Positions 40,509 through 50,267 of a DNA stretch of 64,000 bases are shown in pieces. Every line of letters starts with the position of its first letter. Position 1 is the stretch's first letter. The translations under genes and the position numbers were made by a program. The DNA comes from a virus, in the IMG/VR virus record IMGVR_UViG_3300021090_000001, positions 1-64,000 of that record, one strand, 5' to 3'. Below the pieces are notes generated by a model that was given only the letters and a program-made list of their open reading frames with translations, searched no databases and had not been told where the DNA came from.

Positions 40509-40539
40509 AAAGGACCCGCCGGGGAGGGGCGGGTCCTTT
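40509..40539 (+). terminator. Rho-independent terminator after rusA
   Basis: 12-bp stem AAAGGACCCGCC / GGCGGGTCCTTT, whose 3' arm ends in TTT. Confidence 0.65.
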
Positions 40540-40567
40540 CGAGGCTGGCGACGGGCGGGGAGAAATA

Positions 40568-40588
40568 CCGACGCTCGTTCAAAGGTAG
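40568..40588 (+). promoter_or_regulatory. Degenerate motif copy 10 (CCGACGCTCGTtcaaaggTAG)
   Basis: The first 11 nt are identical to copy 7, but the -10-like part is diverged. Lies 21 nt upstream of the ATG at 40609. Confidence 0.3.
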
Positions 40589-40608
40589 CAGTTTCACCGG
40601 AGGGTGCA

Positions 40609-41775
40609 ATGGATTTGCCTAATTCGAGCATTGGAATATCGGACATCACCGCGTGGATGGACTGCCCGAGGCGGATGAGCTTCAGCATGAAACGGTGGGG
40701 CGACGCTGGCGAGCCGCCCGAGGCAGCGATCCAACACGCCTATGGTTCAGCGATCCACGATGTCCTGCACGGCATCGAGGAGAAGGGGCTCAGCGACGAT
40801 CTCGCGGTCCAGCTCGCTTTCGACAAGTGGGGCTGGGCGATGCGCCCCGAAGAGTTGCAGCGCCTGCACCACGACATCGAGGTCTACCGCAGCAGGGAGG
40901 TCGTCGGCGTCAATACGATCCTCAACGAGGGAGAAATCCGCGTGCCGCTGATGGAACGGGGCGGGCGGATGATCTTCTTCCGGGGCAAAATCGACCGCCT
41001 CTTCAACTTCAAGGCCAACGCCTCCTTGTTCCTGCATGTCGATTACAAGTCGAGCGCCTGGCGGAAAACCGAAGCCGAAGTCCATGAAGACCTCCAGCTC
41101 TGGGCCTACAACTGGGCGCTTTTCCAGTATTTCCCAGAGATCGGGCGTCTGGTCCAGCGTTACGATCAGCTCAACTATGGATATGAGACGACCGAAAAGA
41201 GCAACGCGCAACGGGATTTCATCGGCGAATGGCTGAGGCGCCAGGTTACCGCGATCCTCAACGACCAGAGCTTCGACCCCGCCGATGGGCTCCTGGAGCC
41301 GCACTTCAACGACTGGTGTCCCTGGTGCCCGATCATCGAGGACTGCAAAGTGATCCCGAAGCTCACGGATTTTGCGCAGCGCCGGATCGCTTTGCTCTCG
41401 CCGCACGTCGTTTCAATTGCTAAGGTCGGCCTTGATGCAACGGGCATTGAGACTTACGTCAAACAACTGGACGCGGTCGGCACCGCGAGGAAGACCCTCG
41501 ATGTGTTCGAGAAAAGCGTCAAGGACCTCATCCGGCAGCTTCCAACCTCAGACCAAGTCGCCCTGGGCTGGAAGATCTCGCCCCGCAACTCGGATGTCTG
41601 GGATGAGCAGGCGCTTCGCGAGGCCCATGACCTCCTCGGCGATGACTTCTACCGGGTCGTTGCGCTCACCAAGAAGCGTCTCGACTCGTTCTTCGATGAC
41701 GACCCCCGCGCCGACAAGGTCCGCGCCCTGGCGGAAAGGAGGGAGTCCGGCGAGCAGATGAGAAGACGCACCTGA
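40609..41775 (+). CDS. PD-(D/E)XK exonuclease, RecB/Cas4-like with C-terminal Cys cluster
   Basis: 388 aa from the ATG at 40609. GKIDRL...LHVDYKS nuclease motif. DWCPWCPIIEDC cluster. Confidence 0.75.
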   Translation: MDLPNSSIGISDITAWMDCPRRMSFSMKRWGDAGEPPEAAIQHAYGSAIHDVLHGIEEKGLSDDLAVQLAFDKWGWAMRPEELQRLHHDIEVYRSREVVGVNTILNEGEIRVPLMERGGRMIFFRGKIDRLFNFKANASLFLHVDYKSSAWRKTEAEVHEDLQLWAYNWALFQYFPEIGRLVQRYDQLNYGYETTEKSNAQRDFIGEWLRRQVTAILNDQSFDPADGLLEPHFNDWCPWCPIIEDCKVIPKLTDFAQRRIALLSPHVVSIAKVGLDATGIETYVKQLDAVGTARKTLDVFEKSVKDLIRQLPTSDQVALGWKISPRNSDVWDEQALREAHDLLGDDFYRVVALTKKRLDSFFDDDPRADKVRALAERRESGEQMRRRT

Positions 41776-41809
41776 CCGCCCCTCTAACCTTGGCTGGCGA
41801 GGGCGGTCA
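41773..41809 (+). terminator. Hairpin overlapping exonuclease stop
   Basis: TGACCGCCC(C)TC / GAGGGCGGTCA stem with one bulge and a 14-nt loop. Confidence 0.45.
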
Positions 41810-41925
41810 GGCTCTATCGAGGACCGATGACGATTCCGATTCCCACCCTCGGGCCAGTTAAACCGAGGAACGAAAGCGTCAGCGGCTTCTAGGAACGATA
41901 GCAGTCTTCTACCGGGCGCTTTCAG

Positions 41926-42780
41926 ATGAGCCTTGAAACCGCGAAGGTCGTCCTGGCGAGCAGGCACCCGAAAGGGCTCAAGCGCTTCGTCCTGACCGTA
42001 CTTGCCCTGTACGCGACGGATGGCGGCCAGCTCCCCTTCGGCGAAGCCGACCAGCAGCGTTGGTCTGACGAGCTGAGGATGGACTTCTACACGAGATTTT
42101 CGCGCATAGTGGAGGAACTTCGCTACGAGGGATTCGTTTCCATCGACGGCACCACTCTAACTCTGTACGCTGGGGACCAACGGGGGGCTGCTGTTGGTGG
42201 AGAATCCCCACAAACCTCTCTCCTTCAGTCTCAAGCGTTAGCACAGGGACGGGGTATACAAAGGGGGGATGAGAAAAAACCGCAAGATGCGGTTAGCGAC
42301 GTTCTCTCCTTCTACGTGGCCACGTTCGGTCCTCGCAAATGGGGCGAGGAAGACAAGCGCGAGGTACGCGCGGCGCTGGAGATCGCATCCGTTCTGGAGA
42401 TCCAAGAAGCAATCCAGGGCAATAAATTAAGCGCCTACCATCAGGGCGAAAACCCGAAAGGTAAGAAGTACAACACCCTCGGGCACATCATCAGGGGTAA
42501 GCAGGGTAAGCGAACCCGCCGCGAGAACATCGACATGTTCCGCGAGATCCTTGAAAAGGCAAGGGCCAGCTCGGGCGGTATCAAAGCTGCCGCATCCGGC
42601 GCCGACCCGGCGATCATCAAAACCCGCAAGGAGGAGGTCCGCCGGTCTCACCGGCTGGCCCACGACCAGGAAGCCCAGGAGCGGGGTAGCCGCGCCGAGG
42701 CGTGGCTCCGCGAGCAGGGCATCGAGACGAAGCGAAAGCCGGACGGATATCCGATTTGGCCCGAGGGAGGAGGAGCATGA
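41926..42780 (+). CDS. Putative replication initiator / replisome organizer (winged-helix N-terminus)
   Basis: 284 aa, upstream of DnaB. The central region resembles phage replisome-organizer C-terminal domains. Weak call. Confidence 0.45.
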   Translation: MSLETAKVVLASRHPKGLKRFVLTVLALYATDGGQLPFGEADQQRWSDELRMDFYTRFSRIVEELRYEGFVSIDGTTLTLYAGDQRGAAVGGESPQTSLLQSQALAQGRGIQRGDEKKPQDAVSDVLSFYVATFGPRKWGEEDKREVRAALEIASVLEIQEAIQGNKLSAYHQGENPKGKKYNTLGHIIRGKQGKRTRRENIDMFREILEKARASSGGIKAAASGADPAIIKTRKEEVRRSHRLAHDQEAQERGSRAEAWLREQGIETKRKPDGYPIWPEGGGA

Positions 42781-43298
42781 AGTCGAGGATGAAGTTTCGA
42801 CGCGCATTGGTGGGTCTGCTCGATCGCGTCGTCGGGCGCGAGGCCATCGGGCAACCAGAGTGCCCGTTGATGCTGCGCTGGACGCTCTGGGCGCCGAGGC
42901 GCGGCGAGGAGCCCTGGTTCAAGGTGCTGGTCCACTACTTCCCGCCCAACGTCAGCGATCGCGACCCCCACGATCACCCCCGTTCCTTCTTCACCTTCAT
43001 CCTGCGCGGGCGCTACTTCAACACCGAGTGGGAGGACTACGGCGGCGAGTTCACCGTGCCGACGATCGAGATGATCGACGCCGGGCGCATCGTCTACCGC
43101 CCCGCCGACCACACCCACATCGTGGAAACGGGCGATGCGGGCTGCTGGACCCTGGTGGTCATGGGGCCGCTCAAGCGCCCCTGGGGCTTCGTCCACCTGG
43201 AGGATATGAGCTGGTGGCCGTGGAAGCGGTACGTCGAGGAGTTCGGCGGCGTCATCCGCTGCGACGCCGAGCCCGACCGGATGGGCTTGGATCTCTAG
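42777..43298 (+). CDS. Hypothetical protein (HDHP motif, possible cupin-like fold)
   Basis: 173 aa from the ATG at 42777, which overlaps the upstream stop. RDPHDHPRSFFTFILRGRY. Confidence 0.5.
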   Translation: MKSRMKFRRALVGLLDRVVGREAIGQPECPLMLRWTLWAPRRGEEPWFKVLVHYFPPNVSDRDPHDHPRSFFTFILRGRYFNTEWEDYGGEFTVPTIEMIDAGRIVYRPADHTHIVETGDAGCWTLVVMGPLKRPWGFVHLEDMSWWPWKRYVEEFGGVIRCDAEPDRMGLDL

Positions 43299-44677
43299 TG
43301 GCGAAAGGGCCGCCCAACAACCCTCAGGCCGAGAAGTCGGTCCTCGGGCAGATGATGCGTGGCGGCCCGAAAGTGGCGGGCGTGGTGATCGGTACCCAGC
43401 TCGAACCCGGCGACTTCTACTCGGCGCCGAACCGGGCGATCTTTGAAACGATCCATCAGTCCTACTACAAGGACCTCCCGCTCGACCCGCTGAACGTTGC
43501 CGAGCGCGCGATGGATCGGCTCCAGCACCTGTGGGGCACCGAGTCCTCGGACGAGATCGCAACGCGCGTCCGGGGTTACATGAACATCCCGCCGGGCGAT
43601 GTGGTGGACCACTCGAAGCTGATCAAGCACGACTCCGACCTGCGGAAACTCGAACAGGTTGCCTATGACGCCCTCGGGCAGATCGAGGCCCGCGAGAAAA
43701 CCCCCCAGGAGATCGGCGCCGATATTTCCCACCAGGCGATGCAGGTCGCCACGGCGACGCTGCTGACCTCCGACATCATGAGCTTCGCCGAGCTGGGGCG
43801 CCGGTACCTCACGACTGCCGAGGAGGAACGTCAGGCCCGACTCCGAGGTAAGGAGCTGGGTGCCCACTTCGGGATGAGGTTCATCGACAACTGGACCCGA
43901 GGAGTGCGGCCGACCGAGCTGTGGTTTATCGGTGGTGAGCCGGGGTCGGGCAAGTCAGCGACGGCATGGAATGCCGGGATGCGATTCGCCGAGCGCCAGG
44001 CTGCCCACAACCCGCCGAATGAACAGATCGGCTGCTTCATCCTCTCCCTGGAGATGGGTGAGAACGACTCCGAGGTTCGCCTCGCTCAGTCGATCACCAA
44101 GATCGACGGCGCCAAGCTCCGCGAGGCGCGGCAGACCCCCGATGACATGAATACCATCCTGCGCCAGTGGGGGCGCCGCAAAGATATCCCACTCTTCTTT
44201 AACTTCACCAGCTCCCTACGCGCATCGCAACTTCGAGCAATGGTGGTCGAGGCGATCCGGCGGCACAACTGCGGGCTCGTGATCATCGACCACTTCCGGT
44301 ACTTCGACCTCGACCACCGGCTGCGCGACACCCTCCAGGAAGACGAGGAGAAGGCGCGCTTCCTCAAGGAGGACATCGCCAAGGATCTCAACGTCGCCGT
44401 GGTGTGTCTCGCCCACACGACCAAGAGCATCGAGGCCCAGACCGACCGCCGCCCGACGCTGTCGAACCTCCGAGGTTCCGGCTTGGTCGCGGCGCACGCA
44501 GACTTCGTCAGCTTCGTCTATCGACCCTACATGTATGCAAGCGAGAAGGCGAAGAACGAGGGCATGGTGTTCGACACGGACGCCGAGATGATCTTTCGAA
44601 AGAATAGACATGGTGTTGATGGAATATCACAGTATTTCTTCGAGCCGCATACTATGACTGTGGATGACCCAAGATGA
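43298..44677 (+). CDS. dnaB: DnaB-family replicative helicase
   Basis: GTG at 43298 (TAGTG overlap). N-terminal AEKSVLGQMM...AIFETI. Walker A GGEPGSGKSA. The track ORF extension back to 42551 is shadow sequence. Confidence 0.9.
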   Translation: MAKGPPNNPQAEKSVLGQMMRGGPKVAGVVIGTQLEPGDFYSAPNRAIFETIHQSYYKDLPLDPLNVAERAMDRLQHLWGTESSDEIATRVRGYMNIPPGDVVDHSKLIKHDSDLRKLEQVAYDALGQIEAREKTPQEIGADISHQAMQVATATLLTSDIMSFAELGRRYLTTAEEERQARLRGKELGAHFGMRFIDNWTRGVRPTELWFIGGEPGSGKSATAWNAGMRFAERQAAHNPPNEQIGCFILSLEMGENDSEVRLAQSITKIDGAKLREARQTPDDMNTILRQWGRRKDIPLFFNFTSSLRASQLRAMVVEAIRRHNCGLVIIDHFRYFDLDHRLRDTLQEDEEKARFLKEDIAKDLNVAVVCLAHTTKSIEAQTDRRPTLSNLRGSGLVAAHADFVSFVYRPYMYASEKAKNEGMVFDTDAEMIFRKNRHGVDGISQYFFEPHTMTVDDPR

Positions 44678-44808
44678 CGGTGCGGGGCCGCGAGAACGAG
44701 CTTGAGTCGGTCCGAGAATCCACATACCGTTATTCGCGGGCGTTCGAACTCTGCACATCGCGGACTGACTACTACTTACCAATAACCAACGAGGAGGCAT
44801 CAGAGAAC

Positions 44809-45393
44809 ATGGACACCGATTCAGGAGCAGCAGCAGACCTCGGCGGGGGCGACTCCGGCGAGGAGAAAGACCCGTTCGCCCAGGTACAGAGCGATCCGCT
44901 CGGCAACGACGCCGCAGGCGAGGTCGAGGAGACGGCCGAGATCCAGGAGGGCACCCTTGGCGGCACTGGGGCGACCCTGGAGGAGCTGGAGCCCGAGGCT
45001 GAGCTGGCAGAGGCGGAAGCCGCCGAGGAGGATGCCCCAGCGGCGGCCGAGCCGGAGGCGGAACCCGAGCCCGCAGCGGCAGAGCCCGAGCCAGAGGCAT
45101 CGGCGGTAGCCGAGCCGGAGCCGCCCGCGCCGACCGGCAAAGTCGGGACCAGCGAGCGGGAGTATGTGGTCCAGCGCCAGGATGGCAAGGACGACGATGG
45201 CAACCGTGAGTGGGTCGAGGTCACCCGGATCAAGGCCGCCAATGGCGAAGTCGCGCTGCGACAGGCGTACGCCGCTCTGGTGCCCAGCGATTCCGAGGAG
45301 GCCGTGACCCTGGTCGTGATCCCGGCTTACTTTTTCCACCCGAAGACGGTGAAGGCCATGGCGAAGGTTAACCGTGCGATCGAGATCGCCTGA
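44809..45393 (+). CDS. Hypothetical acidic protein
   Basis: ATG at 44809 after GAGGAGG. The N-terminal half is E/A/P low-complexity and the C-terminal 80 aa look globular. Confidence 0.5.
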   Translation: MDTDSGAAADLGGGDSGEEKDPFAQVQSDPLGNDAAGEVEETAEIQEGTLGGTGATLEELEPEAELAEAEAAEEDAPAAAEPEAEPEPAAAEPEPEASAVAEPEPPAPTGKVGTSEREYVVQRQDGKDDDGNREWVEVTRIKAANGEVALRQAYAALVPSDSEEAVTLVVIPAYFFHPKTVKAMAKVNRAIEIA

Positions 45394-45628
45394 TCCACCG
45401 GATATTCCCGGTCAGTCCTCGATCGAGGGCGACGCGGTGGGAGTGGCGGACGTGGCGGGTCAGGCATGTGACTGGTGCCCTGAACCCGCCACGATCGCTC
45501 TCCCGATCGTGCGCAAGATGAAGGGTGGCAAAGCGGGCGCCATCCTACCGACCGGGATGCACATGTACGCCTGTGAGGAACACGAGGAGATCGCGCGCCG
45601 ATCCAACATCCCGAGGCCCGCACTCTGA
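45374..45628 (+). CDS. Hypothetical small protein (start uncertain)
   Basis: 84-aa ORF. CDWCPEP...YACEEH suggests a zinc ribbon. Confidence 0.4.
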   Translation: MRSRSPDPPDIPGQSSIEGDAVGVADVAGQACDWCPEPATIALPIVRKMKGGKAGAILPTGMHMYACEEHEEIARRSNIPRPAL

Positions 45629-45638
45629 GAGGAAGATC

Positions 45639-46220
45639 ATGCCGAGCATTCGACCGAACAGCGGTAAAAAGGTTTCACCCAGCAAGGGCACCGACGCGAG
45701 CGACAAGCTGTTAAGTGGTGGCCAGATCGAAGGCGGTTATCTGTACGTCACCGATGGGGCGCAGGTCATGCGGTACCCGGTTCACGCCGCGAGCAAGGTC
45801 AGCGAGGGCTATGTTCCCCGCGAGGCCCTGCTCCATATCGAGCGCGACCAGGCCGACTTCGCGGGCAACATGAACGAGCTTAGGGTGGGCGGCAAAACGC
45901 CCTCGCGCTGGAGCAGGGACAAACCCGGCCAGGTGATCGATGGCGCCCCGCGGGTCGTCTACTCGCGCTTCGAGCCCGTCTTCACCCCTACCCAGCCCAG
46001 GCAGTTTCCGACCCTGCACGCCGACTGGCCCGAGGAGTGCGAGGGGGCTCGGTCGATCACCGTGGACACCAAGCAGCTCCGAGGTATCGCGATTGCCCTC
46101 GGCCTCGACAAGGTAACGATCGAGTTCGATCCCGAAGGGAAGGACGACAGGCTGATCATCAGGGGGCGCAACGAGCATGGCGCCGCCGTGGCGATGCAGC
46201 CCTGGAGGGCCGACGCATGA
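45639..46220 (+). CDS. Hypothetical protein
   Basis: 193 aa from the ATG at 45639 after GAGGAAG. Confidence 0.55.
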   Translation: MPSIRPNSGKKVSPSKGTDASDKLLSGGQIEGGYLYVTDGAQVMRYPVHAASKVSEGYVPREALLHIERDQADFAGNMNELRVGGKTPSRWSRDKPGQVIDGAPRVVYSRFEPVFTPTQPRQFPTLHADWPEECEGARSITVDTKQLRGIAIALGLDKVTIEFDPEGKDDRLIIRGRNEHGAAVAMQPWRADA

Positions 46221-46570
46221 TCTTCAAGACCAAGGGTGAGCATATGCTTCAACGGGAGCTGCGCCAGGAGATGCGCGTCGGGATTCCACATTACGTCGTC
46301 GGTCAGCATAAGGCGGTGATCGTGGAAGACGACACGCATCTGATTGCGGTGCTGTCCTTCGTCAACCCCCTCGGGGTCGCGATTCGGATGATGGTGCGGC
46401 GCAAACCCGGTGACTTCTGGGAAGTATGCAGCGCTGCGATGAGGGCGGGCATGGAGGTTGACTGGGGCGCCGCGCCGGTCCCCATCGGCTTCGAGTTCAG
46501 CGCCGCGATGCTCGACGTGCTGAACAAGGCCGAGATCGAGTGGATGGAGAGGTTCACCGACGATGGCTAA
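46217..46570 (+). CDS. Hypothetical protein
   Basis: 117 aa, ATGA overlap with the upstream gene. Confidence 0.55.
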   Translation: MIFKTKGEHMLQRELRQEMRVGIPHYVVGQHKAVIVEDDTHLIAVLSFVNPLGVAIRMMVRRKPGDFWEVCSAAMRAGMEVDWGAAPVPIGFEFSAAMLDVLNKAEIEWMERFTDDG

Positions 46571-47099
46571 ACGCTCGAAACGCATTCTGAGGGTGACCGG
46601 GATGAAGCCGATCACCAACATCAAGCTCGCCAACGGCGGGACCACGACCCTATACGAGGTCTTTGCTACCACCGAGGATGGCGGCTACGTCGAGGAGGCG
46701 CTGCGCGCCTTCACCGAACTGGATGTCGGCCAGCTCTTGGAGTATGAGATCGAGCCCTACAACCACAAACGGTGGGGCATGAGCTACACGCTCTACCCCC
46801 CGAAAAAAGAAACGGCAAGGCGCCTCCGCGAGCTGGAGGAAAAGATGAAGGCCCTGATCGGGTGGGCCGAAAATCAGGGCCTTAACTTTCAACGCGCGTT
46901 GAAACCTGAGTCGCCGTCGCCGAGTGCGGCGGCGGGCGCCGAGGCCGAGGGCCGGAAAAAGGAGGCCGAGGAGAAAGCCGACGAGAAGTACGGCACCGAG
47001 GCGCCTTGGACCGACGACTATTGGCAGGACCCGGAAAGACCGCCGGACACCGACCCGCCGCCCGAGGATCCCCCGCCAGCGGAGCCGGTGGAGCTGTGA
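46563..47099 (+). CDS. Hypothetical protein with Pro/Asp-rich tail
   Basis: 178 aa, GC3-biased. Confidence 0.55.
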   Translation: MAKRSKRILRVTGMKPITNIKLANGGTTTLYEVFATTEDGGYVEEALRAFTELDVGQLLEYEIEPYNHKRWGMSYTLYPPKKETARRLRELEEKMKALIGWAENQGLNFQRALKPESPSPSAAAGAEAEGRKKEAEEKADEKYGTEAPWTDDYWQDPERPPDTDPPPEDPPPAEPVEL

Positions 47100-47278
47100 G
47101 GGCACTCGAATGCCCTCATCACGGCCGCCGCTTCCTCGCCAATGCCGGAGCGCCCAACGTGGTGCGCTGTACGCATTGCTGCCACCAGATTTTCACGACC
47201 TGCCTCGGCTGTCGGGGTGAGGGCTGCAATCGCTGCAATCGCTGCGGCGGCTCCGGCACTGAAGAGGTCAGGAAGTGA
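47096..47278 (+). CDS. Small zinc-finger protein (DnaJ-type CxxCxGxG-like repeats)
   Basis: GTG at 47096 overlaps the upstream TGA. CLGCRGEGCNRCNRCGGSG. Confidence 0.5.
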   Translation: MRALECPHHGRRFLANAGAPNVVRCTHCCHQIFTTCLGCRGEGCNRCNRCGGSGTEEVRK

Positions 47279-47469
47279 AGGCCGAACGTCGCGCCGCCAA
47301 GAAGCTCTATGGCCGGATCGCCGATCTCTCGCCCGGTTCGACCGTCGAGGAGATCGGCAAACTCGCCGAGGCATATGCGAAAGTCCGCTGGGGCGCGCAA
47401 GGAAAGACCATCTATGACCAAAGGATCCGGCGTGAGGAGCCGCTTGAGAAAGGAACTGGCTTCGCATGA
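47275..47469 (+). CDS. Hypothetical small protein
   Basis: 64 aa, coupled starts on both sides. Confidence 0.45.
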   Translation: MKAERRAAKKLYGRIADLSPGSTVEEIGKLAEAYAKVRWGAQGKTIYDQRIRREEPLEKGTGFA

Positions 47470-48281
47470 AACCACTCGTTGTGATCCCCAGTTACATGAA
47501 GACCGGGCTTCACCTGGAAGCCCTGACTGACACCCTCGCATCGATCCTCCACACCCAGGAGCATGAGATGCCCGACATCCTTGTGGTGGACGACTACTCG
47601 CCCGACCGGGCGCTGGTCGATGCCCTGGGAAAGCTGCAAGAGGGCTCCTCCGAGAAGGACCTGCCGCCGTTCGAATTGATCCGCAAGAAGGGCAACAGCG
47701 GCTTCTCCTCGACCGTCAACTTCGGGATGCGCTTCGCCCAACAGGAAGACCGCGACGTGGTCCTGATGAACTCCGATATCGAGATGGATGTGCCCGACTG
47801 GGTCGGCAAGTGCCAGCGGACGCTGGACTCCGAGGGCCGTCCGGCCGCTGTCATCGGCGCCCTGCTGATCTACCCTCAGACCGGGCTCATCCAACACGCC
47901 GGGATCAACTTCTCCTATCTCACCCGCCGTTTTTACGAGCGCTTCAAATATGGCCCGGCCAACCTGCCCAACGCTCTCAACCGGGAAGTGCTGCCGGTCA
48001 CCGGGGCGTTTCAATACATCCGGGCGCAAACCCTAACGGATGTGGGGATTTACGATGAGCGCTTCAAACTCGGTTACGAGGACATCGACTACTGTCTCCG
48101 CGTCTTCCTTGCCGGATTGGAGTGTGTATACGAACCTGAAGTCAGAGCTTGGCATCATGAGTCGATGGTCCGGGGCGAGAAAACCGAGCAGGTCAGTCGC
48201 TGGGAGGTCGAGTCATTCGCCTCGCTGGTCGAGAAGTATCGCGGCCAATCCTTCGGCCAGTTCGTCCCTTCGGTCCTCTAG
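47466..48281 (+). CDS. Glycosyltransferase family 2
   Basis: 271 aa. VVIPSY...ILVVDDYSPD...NSGFSSTVNFG...VVLMNSDIE are GT-A/GT2 motifs. Confidence 0.85.
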   Translation: MKPLVVIPSYMKTGLHLEALTDTLASILHTQEHEMPDILVVDDYSPDRALVDALGKLQEGSSEKDLPPFELIRKKGNSGFSSTVNFGMRFAQQEDRDVVLMNSDIEMDVPDWVGKCQRTLDSEGRPAAVIGALLIYPQTGLIQHAGINFSYLTRRFYERFKYGPANLPNALNREVLPVTGAFQYIRAQTLTDVGIYDERFKLGYEDIDYCLRVFLAGLECVYEPEVRAWHHESMVRGEKTEQVSRWEVESFASLVEKYRGQSFGQFVPSVL

Positions 48282-48354
48282 CCGCAAATCGCGAAGAAAG
48301 GTTGATCATGGAGGCTACATTTCCGCCTATCGAGTTTGTAGGGTGGCCCGACAG

Positions 48355-49050
48355 ATGAACGAGCAAGCCAACGACACCGAGAGAACGCCCCGCTGGTGGG
48401 ACTACGACCAGCTCCCGAGTGGCGAGCCCTACGACTGGGGGCAGGCCGGGCGCGTCCACGAGGACGACCAGACCGATTTCCACTTGGACCTCGGCGCCGG
48501 TCGGCTGCCGAAGGGCAGGCTCTGTATCGACCGCTATGACGACGACTGCACCGACCTGATCATGGACCTCGATGAGCTTCACGTCGCCGGGGTGACCAGC
48601 GAGAAAATCAACTACGGCAAATACCCCGAGCCCGCCGCCGAACTGATCCCGATCCAGGGCCGGATGCCGTTCCCGACCGATTCGATCGAGTCGATCATCT
48701 CCCATCATGCCCTGGAGCATGTGGGCGGGGGCTTCATCCGACTCATGGACGAGTGCTACCGCATTCTCAAGCCCGGCGGCATCTTCAGGATCATCGTGCC
48801 ACTGTTCCCGTCACACTCGGCGATGGCCGATCCCGACCACAAGCGGGTGTTCCTGGAAGGCTCGTTCAAATCCTTCTGCGGTGATGGCGAGGGCAACTCC
48901 TGGCTGGAGTCGTTCTCGACCCCCTACACGATGGCGCGCTTCAAGGAAACGCACCTGGCAATCACCGAGCGCTCGCTCTACCCGAATGTGTGGTGGACCG
49001 AAGCCGACGCGCGCGAGATGCGTGTGACCTTGACCAAACCAGAAAGATGA
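48355..49050 (+). CDS. Class I SAM-dependent methyltransferase
   Basis: 231 aa from the ATG at 48355. LDLGAG, SHHALEHV, ILKPGGIF. Confidence 0.8.
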   Translation: MNEQANDTERTPRWWDYDQLPSGEPYDWGQAGRVHEDDQTDFHLDLGAGRLPKGRLCIDRYDDDCTDLIMDLDELHVAGVTSEKINYGKYPEPAAELIPIQGRMPFPTDSIESIISHHALEHVGGGFIRLMDECYRILKPGGIFRIIVPLFPSHSAMADPDHKRVFLEGSFKSFCGDGEGNSWLESFSTPYTMARFKETHLAITERSLYPNVWWTEADAREMRVTLTKPER

Positions 49051-49262
49051 GAATGCCTCCTCTAAAAAAAGGTGACGTACGTCAGGCGCTCGACAAGCGG
49101 ATCGAAGCCGCGAGACGCCGTCACAAGAAACTGGTGGACGAGGGTGAGCAGGAAGACCGCGTCGCGGTTGCCCAGGAGTCCGCGAAATTGAACGTCCTCC
49201 AGAACGTTCGCAAAGAGCTGTTTGGCGAACGGCTCCCGAAGAAGGTGGGTCCGAAAGCGTGA
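49047..49262 (+). CDS. Hypothetical small basic protein
   Basis: 71 aa, ATGA overlap. Confidence 0.45.
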   Translation: MRMPPLKKGDVRQALDKRIEAARRRHKKLVDEGEQEDRVAVAQESAKLNVLQNVRKELFGERLPKKVGPKA

Positions 49263-50041
49263 CCTCTCAAGTCCGCGAAAGCAGGTACGCATCGGTCTGT
49301 CTGCTCAGCTTCAACCGCGCGAAGCTGATCAAGCAGACGATCGAGACGGCGATCGCCAACGCTCGGTACCCATTCGAGCTGATCGTCCACGACGACGGCT
49401 CGGACATGGATACCACCGAGCTGCTGATCGACATGCACGAGAACGGGATGATTTCGCTGCTGATGCTGAACGCGCCGGGCAACAACGAGGGCCAGGGTGT
49501 TGCCCTAAACCGGATGTTCGGCTCCGCGACCGGCGACCCGATCGTGAAGATGGATCAGGACATGGCCCTCGACCCCGGCTGGTTGCAGAAGTCGGTCGAA
49601 CTGCTGGAAGCCAACGATGCCCACGCCTGGGGAGAATCGCGACTGGACCTGGAGGGCAAGCCCCGCATCGGCGCGTTGGGACTGTTCAAGTACGAACACG
49701 ACCCCGTGGACTTCCGCAAAATGCTGATTGCACACCACACCACCCAGGGCATCGAGTGGGAGGAGCATCAGGACTTCGTCGGCTCGGCGATGGTCATCCC
49801 GCGCTCCTGCTGGGAGGAATTCGGTCCGTTCGAGGAACGCAGTCCCGCCTTTGCCGAGGACGCCGTCTTCAAGCAGCGGATCGCCGGACTGCCGGGCTGG
49901 TGCTGCGCCCTCTTCCCCGATGACCTCGCCGTCAATGTCGGATTCGGGGTCGGCCCGTCCACGGTGAATGTGATGGACGGCGACAACCTGGTGGTGCAGT
50001 CGATCCATGACAAGCCGCTGCTCCTGGGTGCAGATTTCTAA
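49259..50041 (+). CDS. Glycosyltransferase family 2
   Basis: 260 aa. SVCLLSFNRAKLIKQTIETA...ELIVHDDGSDMDT. Confidence 0.8.
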   Translation: MTSQVRESRYASVCLLSFNRAKLIKQTIETAIANARYPFELIVHDDGSDMDTTELLIDMHENGMISLLMLNAPGNNEGQGVALNRMFGSATGDPIVKMDQDMALDPGWLQKSVELLEANDAHAWGESRLDLEGKPRIGALGLFKYEHDPVDFRKMLIAHHTTQGIEWEEHQDFVGSAMVIPRSCWEEFGPFEERSPAFAEDAVFKQRIAGLPGWCCALFPDDLAVNVGFGVGPSTVNVMDGDNLVVQSIHDKPLLLGADF

Positions 50042-50060
50042 GCATGGTGCCTAAGTCCTG

Positions 50061-50267
50061 ATGAGCGTTCCACGTGAAACCGCCCTGGAGCTGAGCGAGG
50101 CGATTTCCCAGGTCGAGGGCTGGGTCGGCCGGATCGAAGCGGTGGCTGAGTCGATGGCCTACTCGGTGCAGACGATGGAGCGGGCGGTCGAGAAGAACCA
50201 GCATGCCGCCAGCTCGATGCGCGACGCGGCCGCAGTGATCGACGGCGCCTCCCGGAGGATGGGCTGA
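50061..50267 (+). CDS. Hypothetical small protein
   Basis: 68 aa, helical. Confidence 0.45.
   Translation: MSVPRETALELSEAISQVEGWVGRIEAVAESMAYSVQTMERAVEKNQHAASSMRDAAAVIDGASRRMG

Noticed and set aside
42551-43297. Long N-terminal extensions in the ORF track: DnaB from 42551, exonuclease from 40309, capsid from 17359, RusA from 40026, methyltransferase from 48040 and GT4 from 52664.
   Set aside because: The extensions translate to Arg/Pro/Ser-rich nonsense and overlap real upstream genes. Internal starts have a Shine-Dalgarno or stop-start overlap and begin the recognisable domains.
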